From Octopus vulgaris (lineage: Eukaryota), in assembly GCA_951406725.2 (NCBI GenBank), contig OX597823.1, positions 98,456,001 to 98,520,000 on the forward strand: 64,000 bases of DNA. Reading direction: 5' to 3'. Positions 12,463 to 24,179 of this stretch are shown here, piece by piece. How positions within the stretch are numbered: position 1 is the stretch's first letter; each line of letters opens with the position of its first letter. The notes beneath the pieces were generated by a model. It was given only the letters and a program-made list of their open reading frames with translations, made no database searches and had not been told where the DNA came from. The translations under genes and the position numbers were made by a program.

Positions 12463-13918
12463 AGAAAGTAAACATTGATTTAAGAAATATATTCCTTATT
12501 CTTATAGCTGAAGCATTACTCCCTTACTCACTGACTGGAAATTTCATAACATTTTACCTCATAACTCTTTTTCTACTAATTTTTGTTCAATACGACTAGC
12601 GATTCTGAATTCCTCACGCATTTTTCTATCATTTAAGCTTAAGAAAGGTATACTTTTAGTTTAAAATTAAAAAAATTAATTTTAATTGAAGATGAATATC
12701 TGCCCTGAGTTCGCAGATATTTTGATGTGATTTTTTTTTCTACTGAACCAAATCTCAAACTATTTATGCCAAAGTGTCCTCTTTAAAACTATTAACAGTT
12801 TACAATTTAGTTGAGAACTGAATTAGTGGTGAAGCTTGGAAGCTGCTGCGATTGACAAAATGGTGGACTTAAGAATATATTCAACCAATACCGTGGTTGA
12901 ATGATTAATAATGGATGAAAGATGGAAATAGATTTTGATAAAACCTTGATAGTGTGTATCTACATCACATTAACCTTATTGTTTTTCTTTGAACATTGTA
13001 TTAGACATTTCATTGCAAGTAATTTTAAAGTTATTTTTTATCCATTTATTTAATTTTTCATTACGTTTGTCTAGAAAGTTGTAATATGATAGTTTACAGT
13101 TATATACCAAACTTTTATTGCAGACAATACAAAAACATTTGAATAAAATCTTGTGCTATTCCAGTTCAGAATGAAAGTGTTTCTTTTCCATAATCATATG
13201 ATGTGTTCTAAAGGTTCCATGAACCAATGCTACATCTTTGTAATTGACTATGATTTATATTTTATTTGTATGTAATAATTCTAGTGATTTTTCTCTATAG
13301 TTTATCACATCTCTGAATACATATAATAAATATTAGCATAGTTAATAACTATAATGCTTGTATATGTTCAATTGCCAAGTGTGTATATTACTATAATGTG
13401 ATAAATCATATTATAAATCTCAAACAGTTTATGACATCAAATGTACAATCTTTCTTCTCTAGAATTAATTTCTGTTGATCTTATTACTTGATCACATATT
13501 TTTACCTGTCACTAAAATAATTATGGAAATTCTATTTTATCTTGGTCACAGTGGTTTAATACTCTCCTTTGAGTGTTGGACAAAATACTTCGCAGTATTT
13601 AGTTACTGATCTGTAGATTCTGTAGTTCAAATTCCTGTGAGGTCAGCTATGTCTTTCATCCTTCAGATAAGACTTTTCTAACATCATGTATCTATTTTAC
13701 CTGCCTCCTAGTGACTCTACTCCACTGTAAAACATATAATGGATGGGGGCCAAAGTATACTGTTAAATGTTGCCTCTTATAAATTTCTGTTGAAGTAGTA
13801 AGACATTTATGAAAAATTAAAAATGTAAATATATATTGTTCTAATCTAATGTTTAGTCATTGAACTGCTGTCATGCAGGGGCACTAATTTGAAGGGTTTA
13901 GTCAGACAAATTGAACCC

Positions 13919-14164
13919 TATTAACCTCAAGATTCCAAGTTCAATTCCAGGCAGTGACCTGAATAATAATAATAATATTAACATCGAAAAATACCTTTGG
14001 AATGAGAACCCAAGTTCGAAATTTCCCCAAGACACCTGATGAAGGCTGGAGGATATATCAGTCGAAACGTTGTTGTTAACAAGTAAGATGAGGACAAATA
14101 TCCGTCAAATGTAAATAATGTAAATAAAGTACATAATTCCTCATCTCTTAAATATAGAACTGAC
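13919..14164 (+). mobile_element. Penelope-like element fragment
   Basis: Flanked by a 9-bp direct repeat ATTGAACCC (13910-13918, 14165-14173) and carries a minimal hammerhead motif typical of Penelope pseudo-LTRs. Confidence 0.65.
14032..14076 (+). ncRNA. Minimal type I hammerhead ribozyme motif
   Basis: ACAC-CTGATGA-A-GGCTG(GAGGATATAT)CAGTC-GAAA-CGTT-GTTGT: CUGAUGA and GAAA cores, 5-bp stem II, palindromic AACGTT stem III region. Activity untested. Confidence 0.6.
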
Positions 14165-14487
14165 ATTGAACCCAGTCTAGTATTTACTTATTCTATCATA
14201 CTTTTTTTGATGAACCTCTAAGATGTTAAGTAGATATAAACAAATCAACATTGATTGTTAAATGTTGGAAGAACACAAACTCAAACATACATCTGGCTTC
14301 CATACAGTTTCTGTTTACCAAATTCACTCACAAGATATTGCCAGCTCATATCTTGAGTAGAAGACACTTGCTCAAGGTACTGTGCTATGGGACTGAACTT
14401 AAAACCATAATAATTACAAAGCAAACGTTTTAACTTCAAATCCATACATAAAGAAAAGTTATTTTATTAATATCTTTCATTTGTAAA

Positions 14488-14700
14488 GTGGCAAGCTGGC
14501 AGAATCATTAGCACACCAGGCAAAATGCTGAGTGGCATTTCTTCCTTCTTTACATTCTGAGTTCAAATATCGTTGAGGTCGACTTTGCTTTTTATCCTTT
14601 TGGGGTCAATAAAATAAGTCCCAGTTGAGCACTGGGGTCAATGTAATTGACTTACACCCTCCCTGGAATTAATGGCCTTGTGCCAAAATTTGAAACCAAT
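14488..14700 (+). mobile_element. Family-A SINE
   Basis: A box AGCTGGCAGAATCATTAG, B box GAGTTCAAAT, core GTCGACTTTGCTTTTTATCCTTTTGGGGTCAATAAA, tail GGCCTTGTGCCAAAATTTGAAACC. Confidence 0.85.
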
Positions 14701-16294
14701 ATTTTTCATTTGTAATTTTTGTTGAAGAGGGATCCCTATGTATCTCAGAAAGATTAACGATTTGTTTCTTCTATAGGTACAGTTTTTATTTTTTATACAG
14801 TAGTAATATTATTAGTTAATGTAACTTTTGTTATGAGTATTAGACTTAATCCATCATCCACTGTAATGCCACAACCTGGCCCATGTATTCCTTTAGCAGA
14901 GTTCATTCTATTGTAAGCATTCATGCTAAATTTCAGGTCCCCTGAAAAGCTCCTCCCAGCAGTGTCTGAGGGTCAGAAAATGATCGTTTGCATTTTCTTT
15001 TCTCTCCTGTATAAGCTACATAAATAAATAAAGAAAAACATGCATATCTTATTAATTCAAGAGAAATATTGATTCTTGAAGGACTTGAACTTACAAACAT
15101 GGCATTAAGCTAGATGCTATGGAATAACTTGTTCAACTCTATATTTTCTGCATCAACTGTCCTCATTTTCAGAAAGAATAGTGAAATTTGTTTAATAAAA
15201 GAAGGTAGTCCTCCTTATGCCGAGTAAAAATAATCAATAAAATTTTACATGTATAAATGAGACATGATGTTAGTAATGGTCATACTGTGGTGCTTTTGTT
15301 CATTTATTTATTTTGCTGCATTTATAATTGAGCTGGCAACAAGAGAAAACAAAAGTAAATATGGGTCAATCTGTTAATATTCTATTGCAGAATTGGCTCA
15401 CAAAATACGTTTGAGACTTTGTTGAAATTAAAGATTACTTCTGCCCTGCCTCCATGGAATGAAATTAAAGTGACAGTGAACAGAACAAAGATATTTCATT
15501 AGCATTATATTGCTGTTATTCATGATAGAATACATGTCGCATGAGTTGAAATAAAGTTTGGTGCTTCCGTTCTCTTAAACCTTTTCTTTCTCTCCCTTTT
15601 CATTGTGTGACAAGATTTTTCAATGGATAAATTTTACATTGTTCTATACTTGCCATTCTTTCTAATTTTACACAGGAGGAGTCATAAGTCAAAGAAATCT
15701 TGCTTTGTATCTGTTAGATTCTTAGATTCTGGGTTGGATTTTGACATTTTCTGTATTCTTCAATTTTAGAAAGTAGAAATCTATCCTGATTTATTCCAAA
15801 CGGATTACTTGAAATATTTTTTCTATTTACCTTTGAATGTTGAAATAGAAAATGCATTTTAATTCTTCAATTGTGTTTTGAGTATGAAATAGGTTTCTTT
15901 GCTCAAGATTTCTTCTGTTTTAGAATCTCTTTTTCTGCTTCTGTTTTATGGTAGCACTAACAACATAGATCTCTGCCATTTACTTTTTAGTAAGTTGGTT
16001 GACAAAAGATTACTTCTAAATCTATACCATAAATGGTACTATTTAATAAACAAGTTGACAAGACATTCTCTGTGTGGTCACAATCTTCTTGAAATAGTTG
16101 TCAAATATACCTCAAACTACATGCCTTCATCTTCAAACAAAACACAATACATTCGATGATGTTGATTTAAGTTAAAATTTATCTCAAGCTTCTTGGCTCA
16201 TTACGCTGGAGCTACCTAGTTTCTGAGGTGTTTAGCAATTTAATGTACAAGACTCCCTCTCTCTTGAAAAGAATGTCAGCATGCTGCTGGTTAA

Positions 16295-16457
16295 CCTTCA
16301 GCTACTGTTGGTACTCATTTTCGGCTGAGATAGACTGCATCAATGCAAAGTAAAGTCCTTTGATTAAGGATACAATATGTTGCCTAGAACAGGAACTGAA
16401 CCCACAACCTAACAACCAGGATTTCAACATCCTAACCAGTAGGCCATGTACCTTCAC
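16295..16457 (-). mobile_element. Degenerate tRNA-derived SINE of a third family
   Basis: Minus strand: TGGCCTACTGGTTAGG (A box), GGGTTCAGTTCC (B box), CAGTCTATCTCAGCCGAAAATGAGTACC; related copy at about 50379-50490 (+). Confidence 0.5.
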
Positions 16458-16524
16458 TATATAGGAAAGTGTAGGCCAAGATAATTATGATGGAATTGTC
16501 ATGATTGAAAGACATTTGAACATA

Positions 16525-17736
16525 CAGGGGTTGGACAAAATAGTGGAAACACCTTAAAATTTTAAACAAATTTATTTTAATATGGGGTAGGACAGCCTTT
16601 GGCAGTAATTACAGCTTGAATTCTATGAGGTATAGACTTGTACAAAGTTTGAATTGTTTCCAAAGGAATTTTTGTCCATTCTTCAGTTTAAAACAGTCTC
16701 CAGTTCTTGTAGTGATGATGGTGGAGGATATTGACTCCTTACTTGTTTTTCTAAAATGCACCATGAATGTTCAATAATATTGAGACCTGGGGTCTGTGGT
16801 GGCCAGATAAGATGTTCATCTTCACTAGAATGTTCCTCGAGCCATTCAGTAACAACTTTAGCTGTGTGAATTGGTGCATTATCATCCTGAAAGATTGCAT
16901 TTCCCTCCGGAAACAGTTCCACAACCATAGGATTAATTTGATCTGATAAAATGCTCAAATAGTCTTAACTATTAATTCTGCCATGAAGGAAAACCATTGG
17001 GCTGGTGGATTTCTGGGTCAGATGCTTCTTTTGGCTGTCTCCACATGTATATTCAGCCAGTGGTCAGAAACAAGGTAAAGGATGACTTATCCGAGAAAAT
17101 AACATTCTTCCACTGCTCTATGGACCAATTATGTAGGTTTTTACTCCACTCTAAATGTTTTGCAACGTTTGTTTTTGAATGTAGTGGTTTTCTGATTGCA
17201 GCCCTCCGGTGAAATCCAGCTTTGTACAGCTCCTGGTGAACAGTTTTTGTGGAAACTGGGTTCTCGAGGTGGTCATTAAGCTCTGCAGTAATTTTGGGAG
17301 CTGTATTTTGTTTGTGATCCTTTCTAACAATTTGTGTAAGGGTCTGACGGTCCCTATCTGAAAGTTCTGGTTTTCTTCTGGAGTTTTGTTTTGACGAGGA
17401 GATTTTTCCCTCTCTCTCAAAGGCTGTCATTACTTTCAGGAGAGTACTTCTTGATACTCCAAACATTTCAGCTGTTTTCGTTATGCTAGCACCTGCCATA
17501 TGAGCACTAACAATTTTACCTCTTTGAAAGTCCAATAGATCTGTCATTTTAATGAATTTTAATAACCTTTTTCTGATGATATCTGAAAAGAAACAACAAT
17601 TTTAGCAAAACATATTAAGCAACACTAATAATTAACCAAAAAACATAGAAATAGACAAGCTTTTGATGGTTTTATAGATATTTCAAAATTATGATGCTAT
17701 GATGCTAGGTGTTTTCATTATATAGTCCAGCCCCTG
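16525..17736 (-). mobile_element. Tc1-like DNA transposon, decayed
   Basis: TA target duplication (16523-16524, 17737-17738); about 30-bp TIRs CAGGGGTTGGACAAAATAGTGGAAACACCT / AGGTGTTTTCATTATATAGTCCAGCCCCTG. Confidence 0.95.
16577..17547 (-). pseudogene. Tc1-family (DD34E) transposase pseudogene
   Basis: Paired-like HTH N-terminus, WKNVIFSDKSSF, IFQDDNAPIH, WPPQTPGLNIIEHSW, and C-terminal IPHRIQAVITAKGCPTPY*; in-frame stops, a frameshift, and an apparent internal deletion near 16995 (the KHGGGSVMVWG-type motif is missing). Confidence 0.92.
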
Positions 17737-18121
17737 TACATCTACTCATGCAAGTTTGATCAGGTAGAGGTGGGGGCTAGGTATACCACTGCTGCTGCTG
17801 TTGCATACAAAAGTTATCTGTTTAGCATTAAAACCTTCCTATCCAATCTGCATGCCAGAGACAGTGTTATTTGTTCAAACTAGCAATCACCAATATTGCT
17901 GACACGTTACCATTAGTAGCTGGAAAATCACCAAACCTCATAAGCTGTTTCATCATTTCATCACTTTTATATGAATATATCAATACATGATATAAATACT
18001 AATTTATCAATATAAAAGTCTTAATAAAGTTGTTCAAGACCCACAAAAGCTTAGGATGCCTTTCTGGTAGTGTGTGCTTGTATATGGGAAGTTTAATTTA
18101 GAATAACCTGTTGCTTATTAA

Positions 18122-18340
18122 CCCTTTTGTTACCAACCCGGCTGAAACCAGCTCTGGCTCTGAGTACAAATGTCTTATTTTCATAAGTTTTGAATTAAAA
18201 TCTTCCACCAAACTTTAGTCAGAATTTATGTTCCTAACACTAGCTTAAGGATAACTAAGTTATTTTACTAAATTCTTAGTTATATTTAAAATAATTGAAA
18301 AAACACTGAGCATCTCAAAATAAATACGGTAACGAAAGGG
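18122..18340. mobile_element. piggyBac-type MITE, family 1
   Basis: TTAA at 18118-18121 and 18341-18344; TIRs CCCTTTTGTTACC / GGTAACGAAAGGG; reverse-oriented copies at 40725 and 44964. Confidence 0.9.
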
Positions 18341-19687
18341 TTAAGCCTTTATAAACAACTTATAGTTAAAATCACTTATCTGTCTGGATCTAACATCTAG
18401 GAGAATCAAGAGATATTTGAACCCAGCATTGTAAACTTGCAAACCATTTATTCACCTATGATGCAGCCTTCATGTGGACACTAAAAATAGTAGTCAAATC
18501 TCTCTTTTGGGCCACACTTTGACATTTATTAAAAGAACTGAAGAACATATTGGGATACTGTAGTCCGAGATGACCTATACCTGAAGAGATGGGATGTCAT
18601 AGCTTGAATGCTTTTGATTGTATGTCTGCTTTCTCAGGTTCACCTGAAACTGAACTCAACCAACAAATTACTTACCTTTTTCAGTTATGCCACTAACTGC
18701 AATGGTTAACTTTATTTTTTCCTACTCTGCAGTATATATAGTTAAAACCAGGTGGAATAGGTTATTAGAGGGCCAAGGGTCTTGGCCATTGACACAATGC
18801 AGTGCAAGCATAAGTATATTATTTGCTGACTCTTCTTCGATTGCCGAATCTTATTTGTGTTTTCATTAACACAACTGAGCTTTTTCTGATCATTATATCT
18901 ACCATCTATAATTAGTAGACTAAATTACCCAATATTTACACATTGCTGCAAAATCCAAAATATCATATTTACATTTATATTTTTATCTGCCTATTATTTA
19001 ACAAGAATTATACTTTGAATTCTAAATCTGACTAATAGATTATAACTTATAATAATTATTATGTATTGCATCGAAATGCTAACTAAATATATGAAAGAGA
19101 ATGAGATATTACCTTTAGAAAGAAAAAAAAAACCAAAATAAGGATATCACAAGATGTCAGCTTGCCTACATATGGAACACCAGCTACAACATAGCAACAC
19201 GCTATGAGTAGCAGTATTGCAGAGCCACACTGCATTAGCATGAGAACGCAGAACATAGTATTCTTCATGATTTGCTGATAACAGAGAAACAAAGATTATG
19301 CTTTGATTCCCCCCACCCCCACCTTCAATATTTCAAAGATGTGGTAATGTTTTCTCTAGTTTTATTCTGAACATTCTACTATGGTACTCAGGGGAAAATA
19401 TAACAATTTTTACATTTTGCTGTTAAATTTTAAGATATATTCATTAAAATAATATGTCAATTTAGACTTGTTTGCTTACAAAAGCAATTATCATCATCAT
19501 CGTCATCACGAGGAGGATGGTGGATTAGCAAAATTGTTAGAGTATTGGGAAAAATGCCTTGCAGTATTTCCTTTGACTGTTTTTAGAGCTGAATTCAAAT
19601 TCTGCTGAAGCCGACTTTGCCTTTCATCCCTCTTGACTTGATAAAATAATGCACTGGGGAAGGACAGGGATTAATGGTATTGATTAA

Positions 19688-19918
19688 GGTGGTGAGCTGG
19701 CAGAATCGTTAGCACGCCGGGCGAAATGCGTAGCCATATTTCGTCTGCCATTACGTTCTGAGTTCAAATTCCGCCAAGGTCGACTTTGCCTTTCATCCTT
19801 TTGGGGTCGATAAATTAACTACTAGTTACACACTGGGGTCGATATAATCGACTTAATCCATTTGTCTGTCCTTGTTTGTCCTCTCTGTGTTTAGCCCCTT
19901 GTGGGTAGTAAAGAAATA
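19688..19918 (+). mobile_element. Young full-length family-A SINE nested in an older family-A SINE (about 19517-19975)
   Basis: Perfect 12-bp TSD GGTATTGATTAA (19676-19687, 19919-19930); intact A and B boxes and core. Confidence 0.92.
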
Positions 19919-19992
19919 GGTATTGATTAACCTTTCCTCTCAAAATTACTAGTCTTGTACCTAAATCAGAAACCCAAATTATTATTATTATT

Positions 19993-20550
19993 GAGTGAGA
20001 GAGCAGTGCATGCCATCAAAGTGACACTAGGGTAAAATATACGAAGCCCGGTATACCCATCATGACTACCCGTCTGATAAGGGTACACCAGGCACATGCA
20101 TCACAACCATATGTGCATGACATGGTGATCTCATATCAAGATAAACAGCACATGACCTTGCAGGTGGGGCCCAGTTAGAGTTTTCTTTTGGTCGAATAGC
20201 CCATCCCGCTCAAAAGGTCCTTGAATAAGGGTTGGTTAAGGATGTTGAACGAACCACCCACGTTTCCAGAGGTGAATTATTCAAGCCCCAAAGAATCCTT
20301 CTCAACACATGGCTATGATGCTGCCCCACTACTTCTGCTCGTGATCAGAGATGCACATATCGTCAGCCACTAAGGGACATACTCAACTGGTTACAGTCAG
20401 ACAACTGACAAGCAAATCTGTGGTATTGAGCGGAATATTTGTTGTAGCCCATCTTTTATACCAAGACAAAACAATGTACATGATAACACCTCCAATCAGT
20501 TAAGATAAGAAGCCATGAGAGCCACTGTCTGGTATTGCATCAGGGCATTT
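19993..20550 (-). mobile_element. Non-coding retroelement X with (AAT)n tail
   Basis: Bounded by (ATT)n tracts; its 3' part (about 275 bp) is repeated with high similarity at 21527-21801. Strand inferred from the tail and the truncation pattern. Confidence 0.75.
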
Positions 20551-20577
20551 ATTATTGTTATTATTATTATTATTATT

Positions 20578-21498
20578 CACTAGTCTTATTTCACTGCACT
20601 ACCAAGTGCAGCTCTGTTTGCCTTGGGTATGTGCTGTAGTTTGTTGTGATGCTCTTATTTTTACTGTATTGAAAGTGTTTTATGCAGGATGTGTACGGTG
20701 CCCAGCAGTGCTATTTTCTGTATGTTATATATATTTGTAAGTCTTGGTGTTTTTGTTATGTATTTGTCTGAATATTTTTTATCATATCTAATGCGCCCAC
20801 AATGATAAGAATTGTTTCTGTTTTTAGATTCTACATTTGGGTTACCTCTATTTCCAGGTCTTTGTATTTTGAAAGTTTCTCCATTTCTTTTAGAGAAATT
20901 TTGTCATCTGTTGATATTGATATATCATTTAGAAAGCATTTTTTTCTTGATGATCTCTGATGACTATATCTGGCCTATTTGGCCTTAATTTCTCTGTGTG
21001 TATTGGCATATCCCATTGTATTGTTGCTTTCTTGTTTTCTGTGACCTTTTCTGGTGCATTTTGCTCATCATTATACATTCCTACAGTCTGGGTTTGTTGT
21101 CTTTCGTTGTTTACTTCGCTTTTGTTGGAAATGTTACATCTATCTTCGTGTTTTACAATCCCAGTGCTTATGATATTATTTGGCATTGCTGTGTGGTTAC
21201 TATCGACATTTTCCCTATGTATTTTTCCTTTTCAGTTTTCTATTTCTATCTCTGATATTTTTTGGTTTTGAGAATATATCTTCATATGTTAGCTAGTTTA
21301 TTAGGGTTCATTACTGTATCCAAGTCTTTATCTAGGTTATTTTTCTTTCAGATTTTATATATGTGGTGGTATTTTCTTTCTTTGGGTAGAGCACTGCTGT
21401 AAAATATGTGTGTAGCATTGAAATATATTCCTCACATGTCCGTTTATGCTTTTTTGATTTTATTTGCGGGACACGAGGAGTAGCGTCCGGCCCTTTGT
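20578..21498 (-). mobile_element. R4/Dong-type (RLE) non-LTR retrotransposon derivative lacking RT
   Basis: Frameshifted translation of about 20661-21015 gives WDMPIHTE-KLRPNRPDIVIRD...ISTDDKISLKEMEKLSKYKDLEIEV...IIVGAL...IQKIALLGTVHILHKTL (restriction-like endonuclease domain); an N-terminal-type segment EEYISMLHTYF...NPNKLANI lies at about 21280-21450; (TAA)n tail. Confidence 0.8.
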
Positions 21499-21526
21499 TA
21501 TCATTATTATTATTATCATTATTATT

Positions 21527-21801
21527 GAGTGAGAGAGCAGTGCATGCCATCAAAGTGACACTGGGGTAAAATATACGAAGCCCAGTATACCTATCATGAC
21601 TACCCGTCTGATAAGGGTACACCAGGCACATGCATCACAACCATATGTGCGTGGCATGTGATCTCGTATCAAGATAAACAGCGCATGACCTTGCAAGTGG
21701 GGCCCAGTTAGAATTTTCTTCTGGTCGAGTAGCCCATCCCGCTCAAAAGGTCCCTGAATAAGGATTGTTTAAGGATGTTGAACGAAGCACCCATGTTTCC
21801 A
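21527..21801 (-). mobile_element. 5'-truncated second copy of element X
   Basis: Direct repeat of 19993-20268 (GAGTGAGAGAGCAGTGCATGCCATCAAAGTGACAC...CCCATGTTTCCA). Confidence 0.85.
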
Positions 21802-22264
21802 AATTTCTAATTGGCTGGAAGTGGGATATTGTATAAATTTTATTTCAGGTACAACCTATTTAAAAGCTGCTTCCATTTTCTGTTTTGTTACAATTGTTGT
21901 TCTCATTGTCTTCAGTGGTTTTGTTTCTCATTGTTTATCATGTTGTTCCTTAGACGATGGTCACTACCACAAATCTGTAAGGATCTTGGCAATTGAGATT
22001 CGTGCAACTGAACTTGACAAACACATTGAGTAGAAGGGAGTTCTACATTGTAGAAGTTCTTGGACTGAAAGACTGCATGTACTATAGGAGTTTAAGAAGA
22101 AAAAAATATGAGAAACAAAGAAATATTAGTTATAAGATGCTGGGAACTGGATACAATAAAGCGGACTGAGTAGAAATTGGGTATAGTTTGAAAGTTTTGT
22201 AAAGGGCAGTTTTTGATACAAAAGAATTTACTATGAGGAAAGTGTATTGACAATTTAGAGAATA

Positions 22265-22473
22265 AAATGGTGAGCTGTCAGAATCATTAGTATGCCGGGC
22301 AGAATGTTTAGTGGCATTTCATCTGTCTTCAAATTTTGAGTTCAAATTCTGCCAAGGTCAACTTTGTTTTTCATTCTTTTGGGGGTCAATAAAATAAGTA
22401 CCAGTCAAATACTGGGGTCAATATGATCAACTTAATCCTTCAAAACTGTTGGCCTTGTGCCAAAATTTGAAAT
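22265..22473 (+). mobile_element. Family-A SINE
   Basis: 14-bp TSD CAATTTAGAGAATA (22251-22264, 22474-22487); A and B boxes and core present. Confidence 0.9.
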
Positions 22474-22902
22474 CAATTTAGAGAATAGATTTTGCAATAT
22501 TAGAAACTAGTAGAATCTGACTGCAGATGGAACTTTCCATCAATGTTTTTATAAGGTTTATCTCAGGTAAAACATATGTAGCTGCACCAAAGAAACTATT
22601 TATATAGATGGGTTTAATGAAATTGATTTATTTGGTATTACACCATTGGAATCGAGGTATTTAAATTTAGTAATGATGTAGCAGACATATCGTTTGTTTC
22701 CATAACCTCTACCTCTCTTTCCAATGTCTGCTTTTCCTCTCAGTGTCACTATATTTCAGGTATCAAATTCCAACTCTAATCGCTGATTTTTAAACCATAT
22801 CTATTATGCTTAAAATCGAAAATATATATTTACATTTTGTCTGATTTGAAACTTTCACTATTTGAGCTGTTTACGCACTTCACGTTTTTTTTTTAAACAT
22901 TA

Positions 22903-23059
22903 CAGGCATGGTTGTGTAGTTAAGAAGTTTCCTTCCCAACCATTTGGTTTTGGGTTCAGTCCTACATTGTGGCACTTTGGGCAAGTGTCTTCTACTATGG
23001 CCTCAGGCCCCAGGAAATACTTGAGTGGATTTATTTGAGGGAAACTGAAAAAAACCCTG

Positions 23060-23091
<32 letters not shown>

Positions 23092-23335
23092 ATGCATGTT
23101 TGCGTGAGTCTGTATGTTTGTATTTCTTGACATCATGTGATTGTTGTAAAATAATGTCATTCATTTCCAATATTCTGCAGAAACATATCTGGCTGTGGGG
23201 AAATATTATCTTGCCTGGAAACGGGAAAGGGTTGGTGATAGGAAGGGCATCCTGCTATAGAAAACCTGCCTCATATTGCATCCAACCCATGCAAGCATGG
23301 AAAAGTGGACATTCAAATAATTTTGACGTATGACA
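22903..23335 (+). mobile_element. SINE with family-B head, (TG)n centre and RTE-like tail
   Basis: Head GGGTTCAGTCC...CACTTTGGGCAAGTGTCTTCTAC; tail GGAAGGGCATCC...TCCAACCCATGCAAGCATGGAAAAGTGGAC. Confidence 0.75.
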
Positions 23336-23765
23336 ATGATTACCTTTTTTTACCTGTGCATAATGTGAGAAATTTAATACCAAGCATTAAGATCAGAATT
23401 AGCAGTGTCATTAGAGTTTTAGATAGAATGTTTTTATGCTATTTATTCTGATTATCTCTTGTTTGAGTTCAAATCTTGCTGAGGTCAACTTTGTCTTTTG
23501 TTTTCCTTTTGGATAAAAGGCAAAGTTAATTGGCAGGACTGTTAGTGTTGGACGATATGTTTTGGGGCATCTAACAACAACTATGTTGCCAAGCTGTATC
23601 AGTGATATCTGTTCCAGCTTTGCATTCTTTGATCAAATCCCACCATGTTACTTCAAAATGGTGATACTCCTGGTAGAAGATGTAACTGACAGATAATATC
23701 AGCAATTCAAAAAATCCAGTGGCGCCAAAGTTACCATTCCACAACTAATATTATACATACATATA

Positions 23766-23980
23766 AGGCAATGGGCTGGCAGAATCGTTACCATGCAGGA
23801 CAAAATAGTGGAATTTCTTCTGACTTTATTTTCTGAGTTCAAATACTGCTGGGCTCAACTTTGCCTTTCATATTTTTGGGGTTAATAAAATAAGTACCAG
23901 TTGAGCACTTGGGTCGATACAATTGACTTGGCCCCTCCTACAAACTTGCTGGCCTTGTGTCAAAATTTGAAACCAGTATT
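23766..23980 (+). mobile_element. Family-A SINE
   Basis: GCTGGCAGAATCGTTA...GAGTTCAAAT...AACTTTGCCTTTCA...GGCCTTGTGTCAAAATTTGAAACC. Confidence 0.85.
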
Positions 23981-24179
23981 ATATTTGAGTATAAAAAAAA
24001 TGAGTATAAAATATGTCTTAAAATATATAAATTATGGATAAAAAGTGGATTGGGAATTTGTCCATTTGACATCATGTTGTGATTGAGTGAATATGGTATG
24101 TCATCTAATTTTGTAATATCAAAAATGCTTGCATCTACAAGCACAAAACAGAGAATCTGGAGTAGCAGTAATCCTTTAA

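Larger units (their letters stand above)
13850..14440 (-). mobile_element. Degenerate family-B SINE interrupted by a Penelope-like insertion
   Basis: SINE 3' part at 13850-13918 and remainder at 14165-14440 (AGAAGACACTTGCTCAAGGT...GGGACTGAAC). Confidence 0.65.
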
